DNA of 64,000 bases from the NCBI GenBank assembly GCA_002384855.1, contig DGBP01000020.1, positions 31,687-95,686 on the forward strand. Reading direction: 5' to 3'. How positions within the stretch are numbered: the stretch's first letter is position 1; each line of letters opens with the position of its first letter. This document shows, one piece after another, positions 1-9,234 of the stretch. Position numbers and translations under genes: made by a program. The stretch comes from Nocardioidaceae bacterium UBA4001. Lineage in GTDB: Bacteria > Actinomycetota > Actinomycetes > Propionibacteriales > Nocardioidaceae. The notes beneath the pieces were generated by a model, which was not told the origin of the DNA, searched no databases, and saw only the letters and a program-made list of their open reading frames with translations.

Positions 1-231
1 TGGGACGACGAGCCCGTCGAGCTGATCACGCCCGAAGACTTCCTCGGCCCCGACGGGCTGCCCCGGGACGCGCGCCGGATGGGCTTCGACCGGAACACCG
101 AGGAGGGCGCGCTGGTCGCCCTCGCCGGCTCGCTCGACCCTGCCAAGCCGACCCACAGGATCGTGGCGTGGGTGCTGCTCGTGGCGTTCGCCCTGCCGCT
201 CGCGCTGGGCCTGGTCCGGCTGGCCTACTGA
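1..231 (+). CDS. 3' end of an unidentified protein with a hydrophobic C-terminal anchor; 5' end lies outside the window
   Basis: Frame 1 is open from base 1 to TGA at 229-231. Nearly every third codon position is G/C. It ends ...RIVAWVLLVAFALPLALGLVRLAY. No family recognised. Confidence 0.45.
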   Translation, partial: WDDEPVELITPEDFLGPDGLPRDARRMGFDRNTEEGALVALAGSLDPAKPTHRIVAWVLLVAFALPLALGLVRLAY

Positions 232-251
232 CGCCGTGACATGCACCCCCG

Positions 252-608
252 TCAGCCCGGCGGCCATCCCATGTCGCGACCCCCGAGCACGTGCGCGTGC
301 ACGTGGAACACGCTCTGGTAGGCCCGCCGCCCGGTGTTGAACACCAGGCGGTAGCCGTCGTGCATGCCCTCCTGCTCGGCGACCGCGTCGACCGCGTCGA
401 GGAGGTCGACCGCGACCTGCGGCTCCTGTGCCACCAGGGCTCCGACGTTCGGCTGGTGGGTGCGCGGGATGACCAGCACGTGCACCGGCGCCTGCGGGTC
501 GATGTCACGGAACGCGACCGTGGTCTCCGTCTCGTGCACCACGTCGGCGGGGATCTCCCCCGCGACGATCTTGCAGAACAGGCAGTCCGCATCTCGTTGT
601 GCGCTCAT
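252..608 (-). CDS. HIT (histidine triad) family protein
   Basis: N-terminal CLFCKIVAGEIPA and C-terminal histidine triad HVHAHVLGG. Internal ATG at 608 chosen over the ORF start at 626. Confidence 0.9.
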   Translation of the reverse strand: MSAQRDADCLFCKIVAGEIPADVVHETETTVAFRDIDPQAPVHVLVIPRTHQPNVGALVAQEPQVAVDLLDAVDAVAEQEGMHDGYRLVFNTGRRAYQSVFHVHAHVLGGRDMGWPPG

Positions 609-627
609 GGGGCCCACCCTATGCACG

Positions 628-675
628 GGTCGTGTGGTTCAGCGTGCGCCATGGCGCACGCTGAACCACACGACC
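628..675. repeat. 48-bp perfect palindrome (24-bp arms, no spacer) in a divergent promoter region
   Basis: ggtcgtgtggttcagcgtgcgccatggcgcacgctgaaccacacgacc is identical to its reverse complement. It lies between the HIT start (608) and the ECF sigma start. Confidence 0.95.
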
Positions 676-772
676 GGAAAAGCAGTCCCCGGCGTGTAAA
701 CCACGGGCATCACCCGCGCGTGCAACTAGCGTGACCAGCCAGACGACCACGCCGCTACCCCACGGGAGGGTC

Positions 773-1282
773 ATGAGCTCCGCCGCCGGGTGGGACGCCG
801 ACACGGCGGTGGACGAGCTGTACGCCGCCCACTACCACCGGCTGGTGCGGCTCTCGGTGCTGCTCGTGCGCGACGTGGGGACCGCCGAGGAGGTCGTCCA
901 GGACTCGTTCGTGGCGATGCACGGTCGCTGGCGCAAGCTCCGCGAGCCCGACAACGGCCTGGCCTACCTGCGCCAGACCGTCGTCAACCGGTCCCGGTCG
1001 GTCCTGCGGCACCGCGGCGTCCGCGAGCGGTACACCCCGCCCGTCGTATCCGACCAGCGCGGCGTCGACGAGGACGCCCTCGCCGAGGAGCGGCGCCGGC
1101 AGGTGCTCGCCGCGCTGCGCGAGCTGCCCGGTCGCCAGCGCGAGGTGCTCGCGCTGCGGTACTACCTCGACCTGTCCGAGGCCGAGATCGCCGAGACTCT
1201 CGGCATCAGCCGCGGCGCGGTGAAGAGCCACGCCTCCCGCGGTGCGGCCGCACTCCGTCACCTCCTGGAGGACGCGCGATGA
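773..1282 (+). CDS. ECF-type RNA polymerase sigma-70 family factor (SigE-like group)
   Basis: Region 2 (EEVVQDSFVAMHGRW) and region 4 HTH (LSEAEIAETLGISRGAVKSHASRG). GGAGG lies 3 nt upstream of ATG 773. An alternative GTG start exists at 731. Confidence 0.9.
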   Translation: MSSAAGWDADTAVDELYAAHYHRLVRLSVLLVRDVGTAEEVVQDSFVAMHGRWRKLREPDNGLAYLRQTVVNRSRSVLRHRGVRERYTPPVVSDQRGVDEDALAEERRRQVLAALRELPGRQREVLALRYYLDLSEAEIAETLGISRGAVKSHASRGAAALRHLLEDAR

Positions 1283-2409
1283 ACCACACCCCCCAGCGCC
1301 CGGGCGAGGACGACCAGCTTCGTCGGCTTCTGCACGACGCGGTGGACGACGTCCAGCCCGTGCACGCGCTCGGCGCGATCCGCGCTCGGACGACCAATAG
1401 CTCCCGGGCCCGCCGCGGCTGGCTGCTCGGTGCCGGTGGTGCCGTCCTGGCGACCGCGGCCACGGTCGCCGCCGTCGCCGTGCTCACCGATCCGGGCACG
1501 TCCCGCGACCCGGGCGTGGCCGGCCCTGGGCCGTCCGCGGCAGCCTCGCCGTCGACCGACGCCTCCGGGATCCCTTCCGACGCCGCGCCCACCCCGTCGC
1601 CGAGCCCCGCGACGCCGCCCTCCGGGACGCCCTCGCAGTCTGCCCCGCCGGCCGCCGAGACCTCGACGGTGCCCGTCTACTACGTCGGCGACACCTCCCG
1701 CGGCCCGCGGCTGTTCCGAGAGTTCCACCGGCTGCCGGACGACGGCAACGCGGTGCTGACCGCGGTCACCGAGGCAGTCTCGACGACACCCGACGACCCC
1801 GACTACCGCACCGACTGGCCTTCGGGGACCGAGGTGCTGGCCGCCGGCGTCCAGGAGAACGACGGCGGACGTGAGCTCGTCGTGGTCCTGCGCAACGACA
1901 CGACCGACCTGCGTCTCGCCCCGGTCGGCATGACGCCCGAGGAGGCGCAGTCGTCGGTGGAGCAGCTGGTCTACACTGCGCAGGCTGCCCTCCAGCGCCG
2001 GGCGCCGGTCCAGCTCCTCTTGGCGCGCGGCACCGGACGGGAGCAGCGCACCGACACCCTCCTGAGCGTCCCCGTGTCCGAGCCGCTCGCCGAGGGCGAT
2101 CCCGCGCGGACCCTCGCGCAGGTCTGGATCATCGACCCGGCCGACGGTGCTCGCGTCACCTCCCCGTTCGAGGTGAACGGTCTCGCCGCGGCGTTCGAGG
2201 CCAACGTCCTGTGGGAGCTCCGGGACGGTGACCGGGTCGTGCAGGAGGGGTTCACCACCGCCGAGGAGTGCTGCACCATGGCCCCCTACTCCTTCGAGGT
2301 CACCGCCCCTCCGGGTGAGTACACCCTGGTCGTGCAGGACAGCGACCCCTCCGGCGGCGAGGGCCCGGAGCCCTGGCAGGACAGCAAGCGCATCACCGTC
2401 GTGCCCTAG
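1279..2409 (+). CDS. Membrane-anchored GerMN / Gmad2 Ig-like domain protein, possible non-canonical anti-sigma partner
   Basis: ATGA start/stop overlap with the sigma gene. It has a short cytoplasmic N-terminus, one TM (WLLGAGGAVLATAATVAAVAVL) and a P/S/T-rich linker. GerMN-like VPVYYVGD..GPRLFREF follows, with a C-terminal Gmad2-like FEANVLWELRDG...YTLVVQDSDPSGGEG. Confidence 0.8.
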   Translation: MNHTPQRPGEDDQLRRLLHDAVDDVQPVHALGAIRARTTNSSRARRGWLLGAGGAVLATAATVAAVAVLTDPGTSRDPGVAGPGPSAAASPSTDASGIPSDAAPTPSPSPATPPSGTPSQSAPPAAETSTVPVYYVGDTSRGPRLFREFHRLPDDGNAVLTAVTEAVSTTPDDPDYRTDWPSGTEVLAAGVQENDGGRELVVVLRNDTTDLRLAPVGMTPEEAQSSVEQLVYTAQAALQRRAPVQLLLARGTGREQRTDTLLSVPVSEPLAEGDPARTLAQVWIIDPADGARVTSPFEVNGLAAAFEANVLWELRDGDRVVQEGFTTAEECCTMAPYSFEVTAPPGEYTLVVQDSDPSGGEGPEPWQDSKRITVVP

Positions 2410-2418
2410 TCTCGGTCC

Positions 2419-3300
2419 GTGCTCACCGCACGGGTCCTGAACCGGACGCTCCTGCAGCGCCAGCACCTGCTGGCGCGCACGTCGATGCCCGCCCTGGAGA
2501 CGGTCGAGCACCTCGTCGGGTTGCAGGCGCAGGTCACCCGCAGCAGCCCGACAAGCCGTGAGGCGGCGGCCGTCCCTCGCGACCAGCTGGCCGCCGCCGG
2601 CCGCGAGGTCTTCGGGGACGGGCCGGTGCCCCTCAAGACGTTGAGCGAGAAGCTGGCGGAGCGGTTCCCGGAGTTCCCGCCCGTCGCGCTGGCCAACAGC
2701 GTCCGAGAGATGATGCCCCTCGTCCAGCTTCCGCCCCGAGGGCTGTGGGGACAGTCGGGTGGCGTCGTCTACGAGCGGCTCGAGACCTGGCTGGACCGCC
2801 CGTTGTCCCCGGCCCCGGATCCGGCCGAGGTGGTCCGGCGCTACCTGCGCGCCTTCGGGCCGGCTACGGCGGCCGACATCACCGCATGGTCCGGCATCAC
2901 CGGGATCAGGGAGGTGCTCGACGGGATGCGGGACGGGCTCGTCGAGCACCGGGACGAGCGTGGGCGGCCCCTGCTGGACCTGCCCGCCCTGCCCGTCGCC
3001 GACCCCGACGAGCCTGCACCGGTGCGGCTGCTCGGGAAGTACGACAACCTCTGGCTCTCCCACGCCGACCGCACCAGGACCGCCGAGAAGGACAAGCGGG
3101 CCCGCCGGATGGGACGCAACGGAGGCACCGGCAACACCGTCTTCGCCGACGGCATGCTCGAGGGGCTGTGGCGCGAGGAGGACGACCGGGTCGAGGTCGA
3201 GCTGTTCCGCGGGCTGACCCGGGCCGAGCAGGACGGGCTCGAGGCCGAGGTGGCACGCCTCGAGGACCTCCCAAGGCTCGTCATCGCCATAGTGCAATGC
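2419..3300 (+). pseudogene. Decayed AlkZ/YcaQ-like winged-helix DNA glycosylase family gene (HTH_42/DUF1006); 3' end undefined
   Basis: Family-typical blocks are present: LNRTLLQRQHLL, VEHLVGLQAQ (Q-x-Q motif), LVQLPPRGLWG, YLRAFGPAT..DI..WSG, LLGKYDNLWLSHADRTR. About 90-100 residues expected after GLQAQ appear to be missing. The frame has no stop until 4113 and runs antisense through rsmE. Confidence 0.6.
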
Positions 3301-3362
3301 CGTCGGCGCGGGGCCCCCTCGACCCGTCCTTCATCGCCCTGGCGGCACAGGGCCCGGCCGGC

Positions 3363-4103
3363 TCAGGACCAGCGCGCGGTGCGCGAGAGCAGGGCTGCCG
3401 CCGCGGCCACCCCCGCGGTGGAGGTCCGCAGCACCGAGTGGCCCATCCGGAGCGGTTCTGCCCCGACCTCGGCGAACGCCGCGAGCTCCTCGTCGGTGAT
3501 GCCGCCCTCGGGACCCACCACGACCACGAGGTCGCCCTCCACAGGGACCTCCGTCGCGGACAGCGGCAGCGTGCCCGCCTCGTGGAGTACGACGGCCAGG
3601 CCGGCGTCGCGGAGGAGCCCCACCACGTCCGACGTGGCGGCCGGCTCGGTGACCTCGGGGAACCAGGCGCGGCGCGACTGCTTCGCGGCCTCGCGGGCGG
3701 TGCTGCGCCACCTGGACAGCGACTTGGCCGCCCGCTCCCCCCGCCACACGGCGACCGACCGGGACGCCGCCCACGGCACGATCACGTCGACGCCGACCTC
3801 GGTGAGCATCTCCACGGCGAGCTCGCCACGGTCGCCCTTCGGGATGGCCTGGACGACGACCAGCCTCGGGGTCTCAGGGCGCGACCCGGCGACCTGCTCG
3901 ACGGTCAGCTCAAGCGACGTCTTGGAGGTCCCCGTGACGGTCCCCACGACCGTCGTACCGGCGCCGTCGGTGAGGCTCACCCGCTCCCCCACCCGGGTCC
4001 GGCGCACGACGACGGCGTGCCGGGCCTCGTCACCGGTGAGCTCGACCGACGCCCCGACCGCGGCGCCGGACAGGTCCGGGGCGAGGAAGACCGGAAGGCT
4101 CAT
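3363..4103 (-). CDS. rsmE: 16S rRNA (uracil1498-N3)-methyltransferase
   Basis: Family-typical N-terminal PUA-like region (FLAP....[12 protein letters not shown]) and C-terminal GPEGG..DEE / RLG..VLR(T)ST. ATGA overlap with the dnaJ stop. Conserved hrcA-dnaJ-rsmE order. Confidence 0.92.
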   Translation of the reverse strand: MSLPVFLAPDLSGAAVGASVELTGDEARHAVVVRRTRVGERVSLTDGAGTTVVGTVTGTSKTSLELTVEQVAGSRPETPRLVVVQAIPKGDRGELAVEMLTEVGVDVIVPWAASRSVAVWRGERAAKSLSRWRSTAREAAKQSRRAWFPEVTEPAATSDVVGLLRDAGLAVVLHEAGTLPLSATEVPVEGDLVVVVGPEGGITDEELAAFAEVGAEPLRMGHSVLRTSTAGVAAAAALLSRTARWS

Positions 4104-5278
4104 CGGGGGTTGAAGGCGTTCCTGAGCTTGTCGAAGACCGACTTGTGGGTCGCCTGCACGTTGCCGTGAGGCGACTCCTCGTTGCGAAGCGCGGCGAGCT
4201 CGCTGAGCAGCTCCTCCTGGCGCGCGTCGAGGCGGGTGGGGGTCTCGACGATCACGCGCACGACCAGGTCACCGCGGCCCACGCCGCGGAGGGCGGGCAC
4301 ACCGCGGCCGTTGAGGACGGTCTCGGCGCCGGACTGGGTGCCGGGGCGGATGTCGAGGGACAGGCTCCGCTCGAGCTCGGTGTCGGTGCCGTCCTCGGCG
4401 ATGTCCGCCTCGAGGGTCGGCAGCTCGAGCGTGGTACCGAGCGCCGCAGCCGTCATCGGCACGGTCACGGTGCACAGCAGGTCCTGGCCCTGGCGGGTGA
4501 AGACGTCGTGCTCGGCGACGTGGACCTCGACGTACAGGTCGCCGGCGGGCCCACCGCCGGGGCCGACCTCGCCCTGCCCGGAGAGCTGGACCCGGGTGCC
4601 GGTGTCGACGCCCGCGGGGATCTTGACGTTCAGGGTGCGGCGGGAGCGGATCCGGCCGTCGCCGGAGCACTCCCGGCAGGGCTCGGGGATGATGGAGCCG
4701 TACCCGCGGCACGCCGCGCAGGGTCGCATCGTGCGGATCTCGCCGAGGAAGGACCGCTGCACCTGGTGCACCTCACCGCGGCCGTGGCAGGTCTCGCAGG
4801 TGACCGGCTGCGAGCCGGGCGCGGCGCCGCTGCCGTGGCAGAGGGTGCACACCACGGCGGTGTCCACCTTGAGCTCACGGGTGGTGCCGAACGCCGCCTC
4901 GGCGAGCTCGACGTCGAGGCGGATCAGCGCGTCCTGGCCGCGCCGGGTGCGGGGACGCGGGCCACGGCCGCCACCGGTCGCGCCGCCGGCGCCGCCGAAG
5001 AAGGCGTCCATGATGTCGGTGAAGGAGAAGCCGGCGCCCTGCCCGAAGCCGCCGGCGCCACCGCCGAACGGGTCACCGCCGAGGTCGTACATCCGCCGCT
5101 TCTCAGGGTCCGACAGCACCTCGTAGGCGCGGGTGACGTCCTTGAACCGCTCCTGCGTCTCCGGGTCGGGGTTCACGTCCGGGTGCAGCTGACGCGCAAG
5201 TCGGCGGTAGGCCTTCTTGATCTGGTCGCCGTCGGCGTCGCGGGAGACACCGAGGGTCTCGTAGAGGTCCTGGCTCAC
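4100..5278 (-). CDS. dnaJ: Molecular chaperone DnaJ
   Basis: J domain ([34 protein letters not shown]), a G/F-rich linker and four CxxCxGxG zinc-finger repeats. GTG start at 5278. Confidence 0.96.
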   Translation of the reverse strand: MSQDLYETLGVSRDADGDQIKKAYRRLARQLHPDVNPDPETQERFKDVTRAYEVLSDPEKRRMYDLGGDPFGGGAGGFGQGAGFSFTDIMDAFFGGAGGATGGGRGPRPRTRRGQDALIRLDVELAEAAFGTTRELKVDTAVVCTLCHGSGAAPGSQPVTCETCHGRGEVHQVQRSFLGEIRTMRPCAACRGYGSIIPEPCRECSGDGRIRSRRTLNVKIPAGVDTGTRVQLSGQGEVGPGGGPAGDLYVEVHVAEHDVFTRQGQDLLCTVTVPMTAAALGTTLELPTLEADIAEDGTDTELERSLSLDIRPGTQSGAETVLNGRGVPALRGVGRGDLVVRVIVETPTRLDARQEELLSELAALRNEESPHGNVQATHKSVFDKLRNAFNPR

Positions 5279-5291
5279 AGTGTTTCTCAGC

Positions 5292-6314
5292 TCATCCTTC
5301 GTCGAGAATCTTCGACACGTAGCGGGCGACCGCGCGAACGGTGGCCATCGTGCCGGGGTAGTCCATGCGGGTCGGCCCCACGATGCCCAGCGTCGCGAGC
5401 GCCTCCTCACCCGGTCCGTAGCCGGTGGCCACGACGGAGGTGGTGGAGAGCTCGGAGTAGGGCACCTCGTGACCTATACGGACGGTCAGCGTGGAGGGTG
5501 ACGTGGCCTCGCCGAGCAGCTTGAGCAGCACGACATGCTCCTCGAGGGCCTCCAGCATCGGCTTGATCGAGGCCTCGAACCCCTCCCCGAACCGTGCCAG
5601 GTTGGCGGTGCCACCCACCACGACGCGCTCGTCGGAGCGGTGGTCGGACATCGCCTCCGCCAGCGCGGCCAGCACGAGGTTGACCGGGGCGCGGTCGGGC
5701 TCGTCGTACTGCTCCGCCACGTCGGCGAGCCGCTCGGCCGCGTCGCTCAGCTTCTCCCCGGCCGTCGCGCGGTTCAGGGCGGCGCGGATGCCGGAGACGG
5801 TCTCGTCGTCGAGGGGCTCGGGCAGCTCGACGACCCGCTGCTCGACACGGCCGGTGCTCAGGATCAGCACGAGCAGCAGCCGGCTGCTGCCGAGCGTGAC
5901 CAGCTCGACGTGGCGGACCGTGGACCGCGACAGGGTGGGGTACTGCACGATCGCGACCTGCCGGGTCGTCTGGGCCAGCAGCCGGACGGTGCGCTGCACG
6001 ACGTCGTCGAGGTCGATCGCACCCTGGAGCAGCGTGTGGATCGCGCGCTTCTCCGCCGCCGAGAGGGGCTTGACCTGGCTCAGCCGGTCCACGAAGAGTC
6101 GGTAGCCCTTGTCGGTGGGGATCCGGCCGGCGCTGGTGTGCGGCTGGGTGATGAAGCCCTCGTCCTCGAGCGCCGCCATGTCGTTGCGCACCGTCGCCGG
6201 CGACACACCGAGCCGGTGCCGCTCGACGAGCGCCTTGGAGCCGACCGGCTCCTGGGTGGACACGTAGTCCTCGACGATCGCGCGGAGGACGGCGAGCTTG
6301 CGGTCCTCGACCAT
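5292..6314 (-). CDS. hrcA: Heat-inducible transcriptional repressor HrcA
   Basis: N-terminal winged helix [25 protein letters not shown], then [35 protein letters not shown] element lies immediately upstream. ATG 6314 preferred over 6335. Confidence 0.95.
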   Translation of the reverse strand: MVEDRKLAVLRAIVEDYVSTQEPVGSKALVERHRLGVSPATVRNDMAALEDEGFITQPHTSAGRIPTDKGYRLFVDRLSQVKPLSAAEKRAIHTLLQGAIDLDDVVQRTVRLLAQTTRQVAIVQYPTLSRSTVRHVELVTLGSSRLLLVLILSTGRVEQRVVELPEPLDDETVSGIRAALNRATAGEKLSDAAERLADVAEQYDEPDRAPVNLVLAALAEAMSDHRSDERVVVGGTANLARFGEGFEASIKPMLEALEEHVVLLKLLGEATSPSTLTVRIGHEVPYSELSTTSVVATGYGPGEEALATLGIVGPTRMDYPGTMATVRAVARYVSKILDEG

Positions 6315-6328
6315 CTTCTCGCCTCCTT

Positions 6329-6355
6329 CTGGCACTCACCTGATCCGAGTGCCAA
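6329..6355 (-). promoter_or_regulatory. CIRCE operator (HrcA binding site) in the hrcA promoter/leader
   Basis: The minus strand reads TTGGCACTC-GGATCAGGT-GAGTGCCAG. The consensus is TTAGCACTC-N9-GAGTGCTAA. A TAGCAT -10-like hexamer sits directly upstream and AGGAGG follows. Confidence 0.85.
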
Positions 6356-6408
6356 TGCTACTAGCCTGCACCACCGACAGCGGAATCCGCGGACGTAGGC
6401 TGCGGGGC

Positions 6409-7284
6409 ATGACCGCACGCGCGTCCCGGATCAGCTCCGACATCCCCCACGACACGGGCTTCGTGGAGATCGGCGACCGGTGCTGGGTGGCGCGGCACGA
6501 GCTGGTCGACGTCAACGTCGGTCTGGTCGCGGGCCACCGAGGGGTCGTGGTGATCGACACGCACTCGTCGGCGACGGCGGCGCGCGGGGTGCTCGAGCAC
6601 GTCCGGGCGCTGGGGGCCGGCGACGTGGTCGCGGTCGTCAACACGCACGCCCACTGGGACCACGTGCTCGGCAACGGCGTCTTCACGGAGGCGTACGACG
6701 GCCTCCGGATCGTCGCGCACGAGGACGTCGCGGCGACCCTGCGCGACCGGGCATCGGAGGTGCTCGCGGCTGCGGCGCAGCACACCGACGTGACAGGCAC
6801 CACGGTCGTCGTGCCCGACCAGACCTTCTCCTCGGTGAAGGTGGTCGACCTCGGCGACCGGATCGTGGAGGTCGTGCACGCGGGTCGCGGGCACACCTCG
6901 GGGGATGCGGTCGTCCGGGTCGCCGCCGCGGACGTGCTCTACGCCGGCGACCTCGTCGAGGAGTCCGGGATGCCCGGCTACGGCGCCGACTGCTTCCCGC
7001 TCGACTGGCCGGTGACGCTGGACCTGGTGACCGGGATGCTCGGCGCGGGCTCGGTGGTCGTTCCCGGCCACGGGCAGCCGGTCGACAGGGACTTCGTGAT
7101 GGACCAGCGCGCGAGCATCGGCGTCGTCGCCGAGCTGGTCCGCGAGCTGGCCACGAGCGGCGTCCGGCCCGACGACATGCCAGGTCGCGGCGAGTGGCCC
7201 TACCCGGCCGAGGACCTGCGTCACGCGTTCGCCCGCGGCTACGCCCAGCTTCCGCGCAGCTCCCGGTCGCTGCCCCTGCTCTGA
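6409..7284 (+). CDS. MBL-fold metallo-hydrolase
   Basis: THAHWDHVLG (HxHxDH motif), later HAGRGHTSGD and VPGHG. Confidence 0.85.
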   Translation: MTARASRISSDIPHDTGFVEIGDRCWVARHELVDVNVGLVAGHRGVVVIDTHSSATAARGVLEHVRALGAGDVVAVVNTHAHWDHVLGNGVFTEAYDGLRIVAHEDVAATLRDRASEVLAAAAQHTDVTGTTVVVPDQTFSSVKVVDLGDRIVEVVHAGRGHTSGDAVVRVAAADVLYAGDLVEESGMPGYGADCFPLDWPVTLDLVTGMLGAGSVVVPGHGQPVDRDFVMDQRASIGVVAELVRELATSGVRPDDMPGRGEWPYPAEDLRHAFARGYAQLPRSSRSLPLL

Positions 7285-7319
7285 CTGCCGCCGACCGCGG
7301 CCGGACCCCGCGGGCCGGA

Positions 7320-7808
7320 TCAGCCGCCGGCGGCCTGCAGCCGGTGGCTGGTATCCATCCAGGGCTTCACCCAGGACATGTCCTCGGCGTGCAGCGGTTC
7401 GCCGCAGGCGCTGCAGGTCTCGGCGCGGGTGGTCTCCTGGCCGCAGGTCTCGTGGATGAGCGCCATGTGCCCGCCCCCGGGAGGCGTGCTCGTGTGCTTC
7501 TCGGCCCAGATCGCCAGCTGCTGCAGGACGGGGAGGAGGTCCGCGGCAGCCTCGGTGGCGACGTACCGGTGCCGGGTGCGTCCGTCCCGCGCGTAGTCCG
7601 TCGTGGCGAGCAGCCCAGCCTCGACCATGGCGCGCAGGCGCCGGCTCAGGACGGCCTCGGAGATGCCCAGGTTGTCCCGCAGGCCGTCGAAGCGACCGTT
7701 GCCGTGCAGCACGTCGCGGACGATGAGCAGCACCCACGGGTCGCCGAGCACGTCCAGCGAGCGACGGACGGGACACAGCTCAGTCGACCAGTCGGACCTC
7801 AGGGGCAT
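7320..7808 (-). CDS. HxlR-family winged-helix transcriptional regulator with a Cys-containing C-terminal extension
   Basis: CPVRRSLDVLGDPWVLLIVRDVLHGNGRFDGLRDNLGISEAVLSRRLRAMVEAGLL. C-terminal tail ...HETCGQETTRAETCSACGEPLH. Divergent from the MFS gene. Confidence 0.85.
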   Translation of the reverse strand: MPLRSDWSTELCPVRRSLDVLGDPWVLLIVRDVLHGNGRFDGLRDNLGISEAVLSRRLRAMVEAGLLATTDYARDGRTRHRYVATEAAADLLPVLQQLAIWAEKHTSTPPGGGHMALIHETCGQETTRAETCSACGEPLHAEDMSWVKPWMDTSHRLQAAGG

Positions 7809-7902
7809 ACGTATCGGCCTCTCCTGACTCACGTTGTCGACGCCTCCTGCCGAGGCGGTGCTAGCATACCGCGAAATAACTTCTTTGAAGAAAGCCGACT
7901 CA

Positions 7903-9195
7903 ATGGCCCTCTCCGTCGGACCTGCCCGACCCGCGCATGACCGGCGTCGGCGGATCCACCCCGCCTGGGGCGTGGCGGCCGTCGCCTTCCTGGCGCTGAT
8001 CGGGGCGGCCGGGTTCCGGGCGGCGCCCGGTGCGCTGATGGTGCCACTGCACCAGGAGTTCGGCTGGTCGACGAGCGTGATGTCGCTCGCGGTCAGCATC
8101 AACCTGCTGCTCTACGGACTGACCGCGCCGTTCGCTGCCGCGCTGATGGACCGGTTCGGCATCCGCCAGGTCGTCGCCGGCGCCCTGACCCTCGTCGCGC
8201 TCGGCGCCGGCGGCAGCGTCCTCATGACCGCATCGTGGCAGCTCCTGGTCTTCTGGGGCGTGCTGATCGGGCTGGGCACCGGGTCGATGGCGCTCGTCTT
8301 CGCCGCCGCCATCACGAACCGATGGTTCCATCGACGCCGCGGCCTGGTGATGGGCGTGCTGACGGCCGGCTCGGCGACCGGGCAGCTCATCATCCTGCCG
8401 ATCGTCGCCCTGCTCGCCGAGACCGTCGGCTGGCGACCCGCCTCGCTCGTGATCGCCGCCGCCGCGATGGCCGTGGTCCCCGTCGCCTGGCTCGTGATCC
8501 GCGACCGGCCGGAGGATCGCGGCGCACTGCCCTACGGGGCGGACACGTCGTACGTCGCGCCGGCACCGGTCACCGGTGGCGCCACCCGGCGTGCCCTGGA
8601 GGGGCTCGCCTTCGCGTCCCGGCAGCGCTCGTTCTGGGCCCTCGCGGCGGCGTTCGCGATCTGCGGCGCCACCACCAACGGCCTGGTCGGGATCCACTTC
8701 ATCCCCTCCGCGCACGACCACGGCATGTCCGGCACCACGGCCGCAGGTCTCCTCGCGGTCGTGGGCATCTTCGACATCGCCGGCACGGTCGCCTCCGGCT
8801 GGCTGACCGACAAGTTCGACCCGCGGATCCTGCTGGCCGCCTACTACTTCTTCCGCGGCGTGGGCCTGCTCATGCTGCCGCAGCTGCTCGCGGAGACAGT
8901 GCACCCGAGCATGGTGCTGTTCATCGTGGTCTACGGCCTCGACTGGGTCGCCACCGTCCCACCCACCGCAGCCCTGTGCCGGGAGATCTTCGGCGAGCGC
9001 GGCACGATCGTCTTCGGCTGGGTCTTCGCGTCCCACCAGGTCGGGGCGGCGATCGCGGCCCTCGGCGCCGGGGTCGTCCGGGACACCTTCGGGACCTACA
9101 CCTACGCGTGGTGGGGAGGGGCGGCGATGTGCGTCCTCGCCGCCGTGCTGTCCATGGCCGTCCGCGTCGCACGCGCTGACGCGGTTACCCCGTGA
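7903..9195 (+). CDS. MFS transporter
   Basis: About 12 predicted hydrophobic helices. MFS loop motif near MDRFGIRQV. Start at ATG 7903. Confidence 0.88.
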   Translation: MALSVGPARPAHDRRRRIHPAWGVAAVAFLALIGAAGFRAAPGALMVPLHQEFGWSTSVMSLAVSINLLLYGLTAPFAAALMDRFGIRQVVAGALTLVALGAGGSVLMTASWQLLVFWGVLIGLGTGSMALVFAAAITNRWFHRRRGLVMGVLTAGSATGQLIILPIVALLAETVGWRPASLVIAAAAMAVVPVAWLVIRDRPEDRGALPYGADTSYVAPAPVTGGATRRALEGLAFASRQRSFWALAAAFAICGATTNGLVGIHFIPSAHDHGMSGTTAAGLLAVVGIFDIAGTVASGWLTDKFDPRILLAAYYFFRGVGLLMLPQLLAETVHPSMVLFIVVYGLDWVATVPPTAALCREIFGERGTIVFGWVFASHQVGAAIAALGAGVVRDTFGTYTYAWWGGAAMCVLAAVLSMAVRVARADAVTP

Positions 9196-9234
9196 GCCGG
9201 CGCGCACGCCGGGCACCGAGGTCGTTCGGACGGG

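Noticed and set aside
1258-3297. 679-aa minus-strand ORF
   Set aside because: It is antisense to the GerMN/Gmad2 gene and the AlkZ-like gene. It has no motifs and the typical high-G+C shadow-ORF composition.
8235-9179. 314-aa and 438-aa ORFs overlapping the MFS transporter gene in other frames or on the other strand
   Set aside because: They are Arg/Gly/Pro-rich shadow ORFs. The MFS frame has 12 hydrophobic helices and the expected loop motif.
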